DNA of 36,552 nt from an uncultured Planctomycetia bacterium (GTDB lineage Bacteria > Omnitrophota > Gorgyraeia > Kaelpiales > Kaelpiaceae), in assembly GCA_964627735.1 (NCBI GenBank), contig CAZVIC010000002.1, forward strand, positions 1 through 36,552, read 5' to 3'. The notes under the pieces were generated by a model, which worked only from the letters and a program-made list of their open reading frames with translations, ran no database searches and was not told the origin of the DNA. A program made the translations under genes and the position numbers. Position 1 is the first letter of the stretch; each line of letters begins with the position of its first letter. Positions 27,546 through 34,868 of this stretch are shown here, piece after piece.

Positions 27546-28052
27546 ATGGGAAAAGTAAAAGAAGGACAAGGCAGACCTACCAATTGTAAGGGTTGCAAAA
27601 AAAGATTAAGTCTTAAAAGATGGTATTACAGGGATGGTTTCTATTTCTGTTCTAAGCGTTGTTGGTCTGATTCTAAAGATAAGGTAAGAGAAGAGGTTCA
27701 GAAAGCAAGGGAAGAACGTGAAAAAGCAAAACAGGAAGAGGCTCAGAAAGCCGCTGAAGAGGTAGCCCCTAAGGCAGAAGAGGTTAAAGTTGAATCTGCT
27801 GAGGTGGTTGAAAATCAGGAAGAGACTAAAGAAGTAGAAGTGAAAGAAGAGGTTGTTGAGGAGACCAAGGTTGAACCTGAAAAAATAGAGACAGAAGAAC
27901 CTAAATCCGAGGCTATTAAAGAAGATATTGTTGAGGTAGCAGAAGAACCCAAGAAAGAAGAGATAGAAGAGGTTAAAGAGGAAGTTGTTGAGCCTCAAGA
28001 AAAGAAAGATATTGCGCTTGATTCAGAGGATCAAGATAAAAAAGAGGAATGA
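27546..28052 (+). CDS. TRASH/FCS-type zinc-finger protein with long acidic E/K/V-rich low-complexity tail
   Basis: CKGC-x17-FCSKRC matches the CxxC...FCSxxC TRASH/FCS pattern. Residues ~45-168 are E/K/V-rich, encoded by imperfect GAAGAGGTT-type repeats (nt ~27690-28040). Confidence 0.55.
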   Translation: MGKVKEGQGRPTNCKGCKKRLSLKRWYYRDGFYFCSKRCWSDSKDKVREEVQKAREEREKAKQEEAQKAAEEVAPKAEEVKVESAEVVENQEETKEVEVKEEVVEETKVEPEKIETEEPKSEAIKEDIVEVAEEPKKEEIEEVKEEVVEPQEKKDIALDSEDQDKKEE

Positions 28053-28669
28053 GTGAAGTCTTAAGTTTTATTGAGTGGCTTTCTCATGCAAGTTTTAAGA
28101 TAGAGTATAAAGGTAGAACGATCTATATAGATCCCTGGCGTATTAAGGATCCAAAACCTGCAGATCTGATACTTGTAACACACTCTCACTTTGATCATTT
28201 TTCAGAAGTAGATATCCTGAAGTTAATAAAGGATGGTACTTCTGTAGTATTGCCTGAGAATATCGATCTCTCTTCGTTGAAGGGTGCCAATATTGTCAAG
28301 ATGGCACCGTATGATCAGAAAGAGATTGCTGGTTTTAAAATTAAAGCAGTTCCTGCTTATAATATAGACAAAGACAATCACCCTAAAGCAAATGGTTGGT
28401 TAGGCTATCTATTAGAAATAGGTGATGAGTTAATATACCATGCAGGAGATACAGATTTAATACCTGAGATGGATGATCTGAATGTAGATATCGCTCTTCT
28501 TCCTATAGGCGGTACATATACTATGGATGGGCAAGAAGCGGCTTGTGCTGCAGAGAGAGTGGGGGCTAAGATAGTTATTCCAATGCATTATGGTGGTATA
28601 ATTGATTCAGGAGAGAGTTTAGAAGATTTTAAGAAGAATCTGAATCGGGATATAGAGCTTAGGATTTAG
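28049..28669 (+). CDS. MBL-fold metallo-hydrolase (UPF0173-like)
   Basis: LVTHSHFDH and later HAGDT and PMHYG motifs. ATGA overlap with the upstream gene. Confidence 0.85.
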   Translation: MSEVLSFIEWLSHASFKIEYKGRTIYIDPWRIKDPKPADLILVTHSHFDHFSEVDILKLIKDGTSVVLPENIDLSSLKGANIVKMAPYDQKEIAGFKIKAVPAYNIDKDNHPKANGWLGYLLEIGDELIYHAGDTDLIPEMDDLNVDIALLPIGGTYTMDGQEAACAAERVGAKIVIPMHYGGIIDSGESLEDFKKNLNRDIELRI

Positions 28670-28682
28670 TTTAGTATTTTAT

Positions 28683-28755
28683 GCCCCCTTAGTTTAAGAG
28701 GACAAAGCACAGGCCTCCGAAGCCTGGAATGGGAGTTCGACTCTTCCAGGGGGCA
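28683..28755 (+). tRNA. tRNA-Arg (anticodon CCG), no encoded CCA
   Basis: Folded by hand:
- Acceptor stem GCCCCCT/AGGGGGC.
- D stem GTTT/AAGC.
- Anticodon stem CAGGC/GCCTG with loop CTCCGAA.
- 4-nt variable loop.
- T arm GGGAG-TTCGACT-CTTCC.
- Discriminator A. Confidence 0.9.
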
Positions 28756-28796
28756 GATTTTAAGGATAGAGCAGTGTTGTTTTTAAACCTGAAATT

Positions 28797-28805
28797 TGGT
28801 ACTAT
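28797..28805 (+). promoter_or_regulatory. Candidate extended -10 element TGgTACTAT, 6 nt upstream of the PilZ ATG (leaderless candidate)
   Basis: No SD lies between it and ATG 28812. No convincing -35 element was found. Confidence 0.3.
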
Positions 28806-28811
28806 ATAAAC

Positions 28812-29183
28812 ATGCAACAAGAAAATAGACGGAAACATTATCGTTTGGATGCGGTATTACCGCTTAAGCTATTTCATACAGATGCTGATTTTATAACAGA
28901 GACAATAAATGTCAGCTGTGGCGGAGCATACTGTCAGATTGATAAATTTATTCCTGTTATGACAAAACTTAGGATTGTTATGTTTATTCCCACAGTGGGT
29001 AAGAAGAAGTCTCATAAGATTAGTTGTGATGGCATAATAGTAAGAACAGATCCAGAGCACCCATCTGATGATATTGATAACTACAGTATAGCTATATTTT
29101 TTAGTGATCTTAAGAAAACAGATCGTTCTAAGATAGCAACATATGTCAAAAAGAAGAAGAAGTCCGATCCCTCCTGGAACTGA
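28812..29183 (+). CDS. Single-domain PilZ c-di-GMP receptor
   Basis: RRKHYR (RxxxR) and NVSCGG (D/NxSxxG) motifs at the canonical spacing. 123 aa. Confidence 0.85.
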   Translation: MQQENRRKHYRLDAVLPLKLFHTDADFITETINVSCGGAYCQIDKFIPVMTKLRIVMFIPTVGKKKSHKISCDGIIVRTDPEHPSDDIDNYSIAIFFSDLKKTDRSKIATYVKKKKKSDPSWN

Positions 29184-29976
29184 TGTTGTATTAGTAAGCT
29201 CCTGTCTTGTCGGTAAAAAATGTTGTTACGATGGAAAAGACAGGTTGAATAATTCTGTAAAAGAGTTTTGTCAGGGGCGTAAAGTGATAGATGTCTGTCC
29301 TGAGGTTTTAGCTGGATTGAATACCCCAAGGGTTGTATCAGAGATAGCTTCTTCTGGAGACGGAGAGTCTGTTTTAAATGGAGCATCAAGAGTTATAGAT
29401 CTAGAAGGTCATGATCTTACAGATATGTTTATTAAAGGTGCCAGAGAAGCTTTAAAAATAGCAAAGAATAATAATATTAAATATGCGATAATGAAGTCTA
29501 ATAGTCCCTCTTGTGGGGTAGGCTCAATCTACGATGGTAGTTTTTCTCATACCTTAAAAGATGGAGATGGGGTTACAACAGCTCTTTTAAAGAGAGAAGG
29601 AATTGAGGTTGTTTCAGATAAAGATTTAAACCAAGAGATAGAAGAGGAGATTAAGATGATAAGTTTTAATGATTTTAAGGAGATGGAATTAGCTATCGGG
29701 ACCATTAAAGAGGTTCAAGACCATCCTGATGCAGACAAGCTATATGTTTTAAAGGTATCTTTAGGGTCTGAAGAGAGACAGCTTGTAGCTGGAATTAAGC
29801 CTTTTTATGAAAAGGATGCTTTAGTAGGAAAACAGGCAGTTGTTATCTTAAATATTGAACCGGCTGTAATAAGAGGTGTTGAGTCTTGCGGTATGCTTCT
29901 TGCGGCCAGAGATTCTAAAGGTATAACCATGTTGACCATAGAGAGGGAAGTTGAAGATGGAGCAAAAATCAGCTGA
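29143..29976 (+). CDS. Fusion protein: DUF523/TudS-type [4Fe-4S] (thio)uracil desulfidase domain plus Trbp111/CsaA-type tRNA-binding domain
   Basis: The N-terminal half has VLVSSCLVG..CCYDG, VCPEVLAGLNTPR, MKSNSPSCGVGSIYDG and GDGVTTALL. The C-terminal half has DFKEMELAIGTIKEV..HPDADKLYVLKVSLG..VAGIK..LVGKQAVVILNIEPAVIRGVESCGMLLAA. One uninterrupted frame. Confidence 0.8.
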   Translation: MSKRRRSPIPPGTDVVLVSSCLVGKKCCYDGKDRLNNSVKEFCQGRKVIDVCPEVLAGLNTPRVVSEIASSGDGESVLNGASRVIDLEGHDLTDMFIKGAREALKIAKNNNIKYAIMKSNSPSCGVGSIYDGSFSHTLKDGDGVTTALLKREGIEVVSDKDLNQEIEEEIKMISFNDFKEMELAIGTIKEVQDHPDADKLYVLKVSLGSEERQLVAGIKPFYEKDALVGKQAVVILNIEPAVIRGVESCGMLLAARDSKGITMLTIEREVEDGAKIS

Positions 29977-30868
29977 TAATAAGGCTACATATTCAGGTTT
30001 TGTTGCTGTTATAGGTAGGCCTAATGTTGGTAAGTCTACTTTGATAAATATGTTTATGGGAGAGAAGGTTTCAATTGTCTCATCAACACCTAAGACTACG
30101 AGAGATAAGATAGCGGCAATATTAACAAAAGATAATTATCAGATAATATTTTTAGATACTCCCGGTATGCATAAGTCCAAGTTTTTATTGGATAAATATA
30201 TGATTAGAGAGGCCGAGTCATCATTAGACGATGCAGATATTATAGTTGTCATGATAGATGTAAAAAAGGGCATAGAGAAAGAGGATGAGCGTATATTTGA
30301 TATGATAAAACCTTTAAAGAAGACAAAGTTTGTTGTCTTAAATAAGGTTGATCTGGTTAAGAAGCCGGATGTTCTCTTCGTAATAGAGGAGTTATCAAAA
30401 TGGTATAAGTTTGACGAGTATGTGCCTCTTAGTGCAACTAAAGGTATAAATACCGATAAACTCTTAGAGTTAATAACTAATAAGATACCTCAGGGTCCAT
30501 TCTATTATCCTAAAGACCAGCTTAGTGATAAATCAACTAGGTTTCATGTTGCAGAGATTATAAGAGAGAAAATCTTATCTCGTACTTATCAGGAGCTACC
30601 TTTCTCTATTGCAGTATCGGTAGATGAGTTTTTAGAGAGAAAAGAAGACCTTGTTGTAGTAGAGGCTTCTATATACGTTGAAAGGAGCGGCCAGAAGGCC
30701 ATATTAATAGGTAAGAAAGGGAGTATGTTAAAAGAGGTTGGGATTGATGCTAGGGGAGATATTGAAGCTCTCTTAGGTAAGAGAATCTATCTTGATTTAA
30801 GAGTTAAGATTAATGATAAATGGAGAAAAGATAGTATCTTCTTGAAGAGGGTTGGTTATGGTCAATAG
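29957..30868 (+). CDS. era: GTPase Era
   Basis: G1 GRPNVGKST, G3 DTPG, G4 NKVD and a C-terminal KH domain. ATG 29957 is preferred (TTG 29951 is possible). It overlaps the preceding ORF by ~20 nt. Confidence 0.93.
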   Translation: MEQKSADNKATYSGFVAVIGRPNVGKSTLINMFMGEKVSIVSSTPKTTRDKIAAILTKDNYQIIFLDTPGMHKSKFLLDKYMIREAESSLDDADIIVVMIDVKKGIEKEDERIFDMIKPLKKTKFVVLNKVDLVKKPDVLFVIEELSKWYKFDEYVPLSATKGINTDKLLELITNKIPQGPFYYPKDQLSDKSTRFHVAEIIREKILSRTYQELPFSIAVSVDEFLERKEDLVVVEASIYVERSGQKAILIGKKGSMLKEVGIDARGDIEALLGKRIYLDLRVKINDKWRKDSIFLKRVGYGQ

Positions 30869-31355
30869 TGATATTAAAAATAGAAAGAGGATAGCTGTTA
30901 TCGGCGGTTCTAAAGCAACAGCTGAGATTTTAAAAATGGCTCATGAGTGTGGACGTTTAATAGCAGAGAGCGGTGCAATACTAGTTACCGGTGGTCTAGG
31001 CGGTGTTATGGAGGCAGCATCTTGTGGGGCTAAAGAGGCTGGCGGCATGACTATAGGAATACTACCTGGGCGGGATAAGGAGAGGGCAAATAAATATATA
31101 GACTTCGCAATACTTACAGGACTTGGGGAGATAAGAAATGCTCTTGTTGTTATGAATGCAGATAGTATTATTGCAATAGATGGTTCATATGGAACATTAA
31201 ACGAGATAAGTTATGCTTTAATATCAAAAAAACCTTTATTTGCTGTAAAGAGTTGGAAGATAGCTCAAGGCGAGGGTGAGTGTAAAAGAGGCGAGTTAAT
31301 TCATTGTGAAACGGTTCAAGAGGCTGTTGAAAAAGCTATTAGCGTAGAGGCGTAA
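30858..31355 (+). CDS. TIGR00725-family / LOG-like (SLOG) protein
   Basis: IAVIGGS..., LVTGGLGGVMEAASCGAKEAGG.TIGILP and IAIDGSYGTLNE. ATG 30858 is preferred over TTG 30852. Confidence 0.8.
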   Translation: MVNSDIKNRKRIAVIGGSKATAEILKMAHECGRLIAESGAILVTGGLGGVMEAASCGAKEAGGMTIGILPGRDKERANKYIDFAILTGLGEIRNALVVMNADSIIAIDGSYGTLNEISYALISKKPLFAVKSWKIAQGEGECKRGELIHCETVQEAVEKAISVEA

Positions 31356-31358
31356 GAT

Positions 31359-31586
31359 ATGGATGATGAGCGTTTAGATTTTGCTGAACATGAAGAGCTA
31401 GAAGAGGATTTAGATTTTGATAATCCAATAGAGTGCCCCCACTGTAAGAATATGATACCAAAAGATTCTCTTTTCTGTCTTTATTGCGGAGAGAGTATAT
31501 CAGTAGGAGGGAAGCCTAACTGGGTAAAGATAGTGGCTGGAATAGTGATATTTGCTTTTATTTTATTTTTGATTTGGAATTTGTGA
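31359..31586 (+). CDS. Zinc-ribbon protein with acidic N-terminus and C-terminal TM anchor
   Basis: CPHC-x11-CLYC zinc ribbon and a C-terminal helix IVAGIVIFAFILFLIW. Confidence 0.6.
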   Translation: MDDERLDFAEHEELEEDLDFDNPIECPHCKNMIPKDSLFCLYCGESISVGGKPNWVKIVAGIVIFAFILFLIWNL

Positions 31587-31609
31587 TTTAGTTTTTAATC
31601 AGATATAAT
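31581..31609 (+). promoter_or_regulatory. Candidate promoter TTGTGA-17-TATAAT
   Basis: The -35 element overlaps the stop of the previous gene. SD TAGGAGAG (31621-31628) and ATG 31633 follow. Confidence 0.45.
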
Positions 31610-31632
31610 TAATACAACTTTAGGAGAGTGAG

Positions 31633-31884
31633 ATGCGAGAGGGATTAAAGAGCTATAGAATCGCAATTGAATGTCATTGTGGTCAGAAAATTATTGTAGA
31701 GGCAGATGATTTAGTCGATTTATTAAGCAATATTCAGAATAATATCCTTGGTCATATCCAGTCTAACCATCCTGAAGAGATGAGTAAATTCAAAAGAAAG
31801 ATGAAGCGCAATATGCTTGATATGCTCAATAAGCTTTTCAATCATGGTGATGGGTTTTTAAAAGGGGATGAGTGGAAGTTTTAA
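31633..31884 (+). CDS. Hypothetical protein (83 aa)
   Basis: Good SD and its own candidate promoter. It contains ECHCG and HIQSNH, a possible metal site. No family is recognised. Confidence 0.5.
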   Translation: MREGLKSYRIAIECHCGQKIIVEADDLVDLLSNIQNNILGHIQSNHPEEMSKFKRKMKRNMLDMLNKLFNHGDGFLKGDEWKF

Positions 31885-31904
31885 TTTTGACGTTCTAGTC
31901 TTAT

Positions 31905-32693
31905 TTAATTACTAAGTTTTTTCTTGCTCTCCTGCCATAGAAGTTCCATCTCTTCTAGAGTAGCATCATAAAGAGTTTTATTTTTATTTTTTATCTTTTC
32001 TTCAATATAGTTAAAACGTTTAGTGAACTTATCTATTGCTTCACGTAGTTTTATTTCAGGGTCTATTTTTAAGAGTCTACATACGTTTACAAGGGCAAAG
32101 AAGAGGTCTCCAAACTCCTCAGACAATCTATCTTTGGCATCTGTTTTATCTAAATGCTCTTCAACCTCAAGTATCTCTTCTTTCACTTTTTTAAATGCTT
32201 CTTTTGGTTCTTTCCAATCAAATCCTACTCTGGATGCTCTGGCTTGAATAAGCGTTGCTCTTACGAGGGCAGGTATGTTCTTGGGGACGTTATCGAGAAT
32301 TGATTTATCCTTTTTCTTATTTTCTTTATTCTTTAAATTATACCAGTGGGTTAAGACTTCATCAGATGTCTTAAGATCTTTATCTGAAAAGACATGGGGG
32401 TGACGTTCAATCATTTTTTTAGATATTTTATCGATGACTTCATCTTTTAAGAAATATCCTCTTTCTTCTGCAATATGTAGATAGGACAAAACTGTAAAGA
32501 GCAGATCTCCTAACTCTTCAAGCAATCCTTTCTTATTGTCTTCTTCAATTGCTTGAGCCACTTCATAAACTTCTTCTATCAAATAGGGCAGAAGAGTCTT
32601 CTCATCCTGTTCTTTATCCCAAGGGCAACCTTTCTCACCACGGAGCTGCTTAACTATATCCCAGAGCTCATTTATCTTATCCATTGCCTTCAC
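31905..32693 (-). CDS. mazG: Nucleoside triphosphate pyrophosphohydrolase MazG (tandem MazG domains)
   Basis: Two EExxE...ELGD-type repeats: EEVYEVAQAIE..ELGDLLF and EEILEVEEHL..EFGDLFF. GCPWD lies near the N-terminus. Confidence 0.9.
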   Translation of the reverse strand: MKAMDKINELWDIVKQLRGEKGCPWDKEQDEKTLLPYLIEEVYEVAQAIEEDNKKGLLEELGDLLFTVLSYLHIAEERGYFLKDEVIDKISKKMIERHPHVFSDKDLKTSDEVLTHWYNLKNKENKKKDKSILDNVPKNIPALVRATLIQARASRVGFDWKEPKEAFKKVKEEILEVEEHLDKTDAKDRLSEEFGDLFFALVNVCRLLKIDPEIKLREAIDKFTKRFNYIEEKIKNKNKTLYDATLEEMELLWQESKKKLSN

Positions 32694-32753
32694 TTTTTAT
32701 CATAAATAATTATAAATTGCAAACAGGATTAGTTCTGTTAGAATTATAATATT

Positions 32754-33221
32754 ATGAAAATAGGGGTTATATCAGATACTCATGATAATGCGATTAAAAT
32801 AAAGTCTGCTGTAGATCTATTCAATAAAGAGAAAGTTGATTTTGTTGTTCATTGCGGCGACTACGTTGCGCCTTTCTCTCTTGTATCGTTTGCTAGCCTT
32901 AACTGTGATTGGGTCGGAGTCTTTGGGAATTGCGATGGAGAGAGAGTGGGGCTTAAAAGGAAATCTGAAAACAGGATACAAGAGCCACCTCTGATTTTAA
33001 ATTTTGATAATAAAGAGATGATAGTAGTTCATGATATTAGAGATTATAAGGGGGAAAAGACCGATATAGTATTATTTGGTCATACTCATAATGTAGAAGT
33101 CAGAAGAGGGGATAATGCTCTCTTTGTCAATCCAGGTGAAGCTGCAGGCTGGCTAACAGGTGAATCTACAGTTGCAATAATAGATATAGATACTCTTAAG
33201 GTAGATATAAAAGATATTTAG
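32754..33221 (+). CDS. YfcE/MJ0936-family metallophosphoesterase
   Basis: GVISDTHDN, HCGDY, GNCDG and GHTH motifs. 155 aa. Confidence 0.88.
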   Translation: MKIGVISDTHDNAIKIKSAVDLFNKEKVDFVVHCGDYVAPFSLVSFASLNCDWVGVFGNCDGERVGLKRKSENRIQEPPLILNFDNKEMIVVHDIRDYKGEKTDIVLFGHTHNVEVRRGDNALFVNPGEAAGWLTGESTVAIIDIDTLKVDIKDI

Positions 33222-33229
33222 GAGGTGTT

Positions 33230-33571
33230 ATGGAGTGTATATTTTGTAAGATAATTGATGGTCAAATTCCCGCTGATTTAATCTATCAGGATGATAGTAT
33301 AGTAGCATTTCGTGATATAAATCCTCATGCTCCGACACATGTCTTGATAATTCCTAAAAAACATATTGAGAAAATATCAGATCTTAATGAAGAGGATGCA
33401 GAGTTAGTCGGTAAGATGGTTTTGGTGGCTAAGAAGATAGCAGAAGATGAAGGCATAACTGAGTCAGGTTTTAGATTAGTTTTTAATAATAATAAAGATG
33501 CAGGGCAAGAAGTATTCCATATCCACCTACATCTTCTAGGTGGCAGGAAGTTCTCCTGGCCTCCGGGTTGA
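33230..33571 (+). CDS. HIT-family (HinT-like) nucleotide hydrolase
   Basis: CIFCKI, and the histidine triad HIHLHLLGG. Strong SD AGGAGGTG. Confidence 0.92.
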   Translation: MECIFCKIIDGQIPADLIYQDDSIVAFRDINPHAPTHVLIIPKKHIEKISDLNEEDAELVGKMVLVAKKIAEDEGITESGFRLVFNNNKDAGQEVFHIHLHLLGGRKFSWPPG

Positions 33572-33684
33572 TATTATGAGAAAGATGGATAATAGGCAGA
33601 ATAAAACGGCAGAGCTGAATTTTAAAGATAAGAAGAGAGTTATTTTAAAAAAGACAATTAAAAGAGGGAAGAGGTTGAATAAAG

Positions 33685-34119
33685 ATGGCAGATAATAGTG
33701 TTAGAGTAGAAGGAGAGCAACTGAGTCTTTCGACAACAGGGGATGGGGATATAATCGATATAACAGTTGATGTTCAATCAGCCCTATCTAGGTTAAAGAT
33801 GAAAAAGGGTGTAGTAATCTGTTTTATACCCGGATCTACCGCTTTTTTGACCGTCATAGAATACGAATCTGGCTTAATTCATGACTTACCCCAAATACTT
33901 CAGAAGTTGGTTCCAAGAGAGGGAAAATACGCTCATAATGCCACCTGGGGCGACGGAAATGGGTTCTCCCATCTTAGGGCCTCATTAATAGGCCCCTCGC
34001 TCTCCGTACCTTTTAGAGAGGGTAAATTGACTCTTGGGACTTGGCAGCAGATTATATTTGTAGAGTGTGACAATAAGCCTCGAAATAGGTCTGTTGAACT
34101 GCAGTTTATAGGTATTTAA
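33685..34119 (+). CDS. YjbQ/UPF0047 family (secondary thiamine-phosphate synthase) protein
   Basis: HNATWGDGNGFSHLRASLIGPS and LGTWQQI family signatures. 144 aa. Confidence 0.88.
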   Translation: MADNSVRVEGEQLSLSTTGDGDIIDITVDVQSALSRLKMKKGVVICFIPGSTAFLTVIEYESGLIHDLPQILQKLVPREGKYAHNATWGDGNGFSHLRASLIGPSLSVPFREGKLTLGTWQQIIFVECDNKPRNRSVELQFIGI

Positions 34120-34179
34120 CACCTTATTTGTATCCCGCCTTATTATCTGGTATATTTATAGCTATAGGGGCTTGCAATA

Positions 34180-34845
34180 ATGAATATAAAATATTTTAAA
34201 GGTATTGTTTTATCTGTATTTCTGGTTGTGTTTCTATTTTCTTTTTCTGCTCAAGCAAGGAGAATAAGATTTGATTCAATATCTCAACAATTAATTCAGA
34301 ACGGCGAAGCTACTATTGAAGCTGATGATGGTACTATGTTTAATTTAGAGTTAAAAGAGTATGCTCCAGATGATAGATTTCCTGGTGATAAGTATGTTGT
34401 GTCAGTATTGACGACAGATGGCGTAGAGATAGCATGTACTTGTTTCCGTGTTTGTGATGGTTGTGCTTATGGATATGAGGATTTTAGAACATATGCTCCA
34501 TATTATTACTTTGATCACTCTGATAATGGAGGTAAAAGTTATAAAGATTGGTTCTTTATGTCGTCTGGTCGTAATTCAAGTCCAGGGATTATAGTGGATA
34601 AAGAATACAGATTGCGATATAGGGGAATAGGTACAGCCCTTATACGTTTAGGATTGGAGATTTCGCAGATTTTAGGAGCGAAGACTTTTAATGCTGTTAA
34701 GGTTTTAGACGTAGGTTTTCATCGAGCGATAGGTTATTATATGTCGCCACAGACAGGAATAGGTGGCTCTGTTAATATGTCTTTTGATTTAGTAGGTTCT
34801 TCTGTAGTATTACCACCAATAGAGATTACTCGTAGGCCTGAATAA
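34180..34845 (+). CDS. Signal-peptide protein with C-terminal GNAT-like acetyl-CoA-binding motif and a Cys cluster
   Basis: Signal peptide LVVFLFSFSAQA, cluster CTCFRVCDGC, and IIVDKEYRLRYRGIGTALIRLGLEISQILG...GFHRAIGYY resembling GNAT motif A/B. The assignment is by eye only. Confidence 0.45.
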   Translation: MNIKYFKGIVLSVFLVVFLFSFSAQARRIRFDSISQQLIQNGEATIEADDGTMFNLELKEYAPDDRFPGDKYVVSVLTTDGVEIACTCFRVCDGCAYGYEDFRTYAPYYYFDHSDNGGKSYKDWFFMSSGRNSSPGIIVDKEYRLRYRGIGTALIRLGLEISQILGAKTFNAVKVLDVGFHRAIGYYMSPQTGIGGSVNMSFDLVGSSVVLPPIEITRRPE

Positions 34846-34868
34846 TCAAAATATTACAATTATTCAGG
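34837..34868. repeat. Perfect 10-bp inverted repeat CCTGAATAAT-12 nt-ATTATTCAGG overlapping the stop codon of the preceding gene (stem-loop, possible terminator or protein site)
   Basis: Read directly: left arm 34837-34846, right arm 34859-34868. No immediate U-tract on either strand. Confidence 0.4.

Noticed and set aside
27606-27998. 130-aa minus-strand ORF rich in F/L/N
   Set aside because: It is the antisense shadow of the GAA/GAG-rich acidic tail of the plus-strand gene. It is low-complexity, has no SD, and lies entirely inside a better-supported CDS.
27690-28040. Recurrent GAAGAGGTT-type units, considered as a tandem repeat or CRISPR-like array
   Set aside because: The units are imperfect and in-frame, without constant spacing. 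They simply encode the E/K/V-rich tail of the zinc-finger protein.
28683-28755. tRNA-Arg as a possible integration site for a genomic island
   Set aside because: I could not find a duplicated tRNA 3' segment downstream. The following genes (era, mazG, HIT and others) are core functions on the same strand with normal packing.
28869-29389. Minus-strand ORFs (63 and 102 aa) across the PilZ / DUF523 junction
   Set aside because: They are antisense to two motif-supported genes, and their composition is typical of shadow ORFs.
33572-33684. Possible TPP riboswitch upstream of the thiamine-associated yjbQ
   Set aside because: The conserved CUGAGA and ACCUGAUCUGGAUAAUGCCAGC-type elements are absent. 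The region is purine-rich and unstructured by eye.
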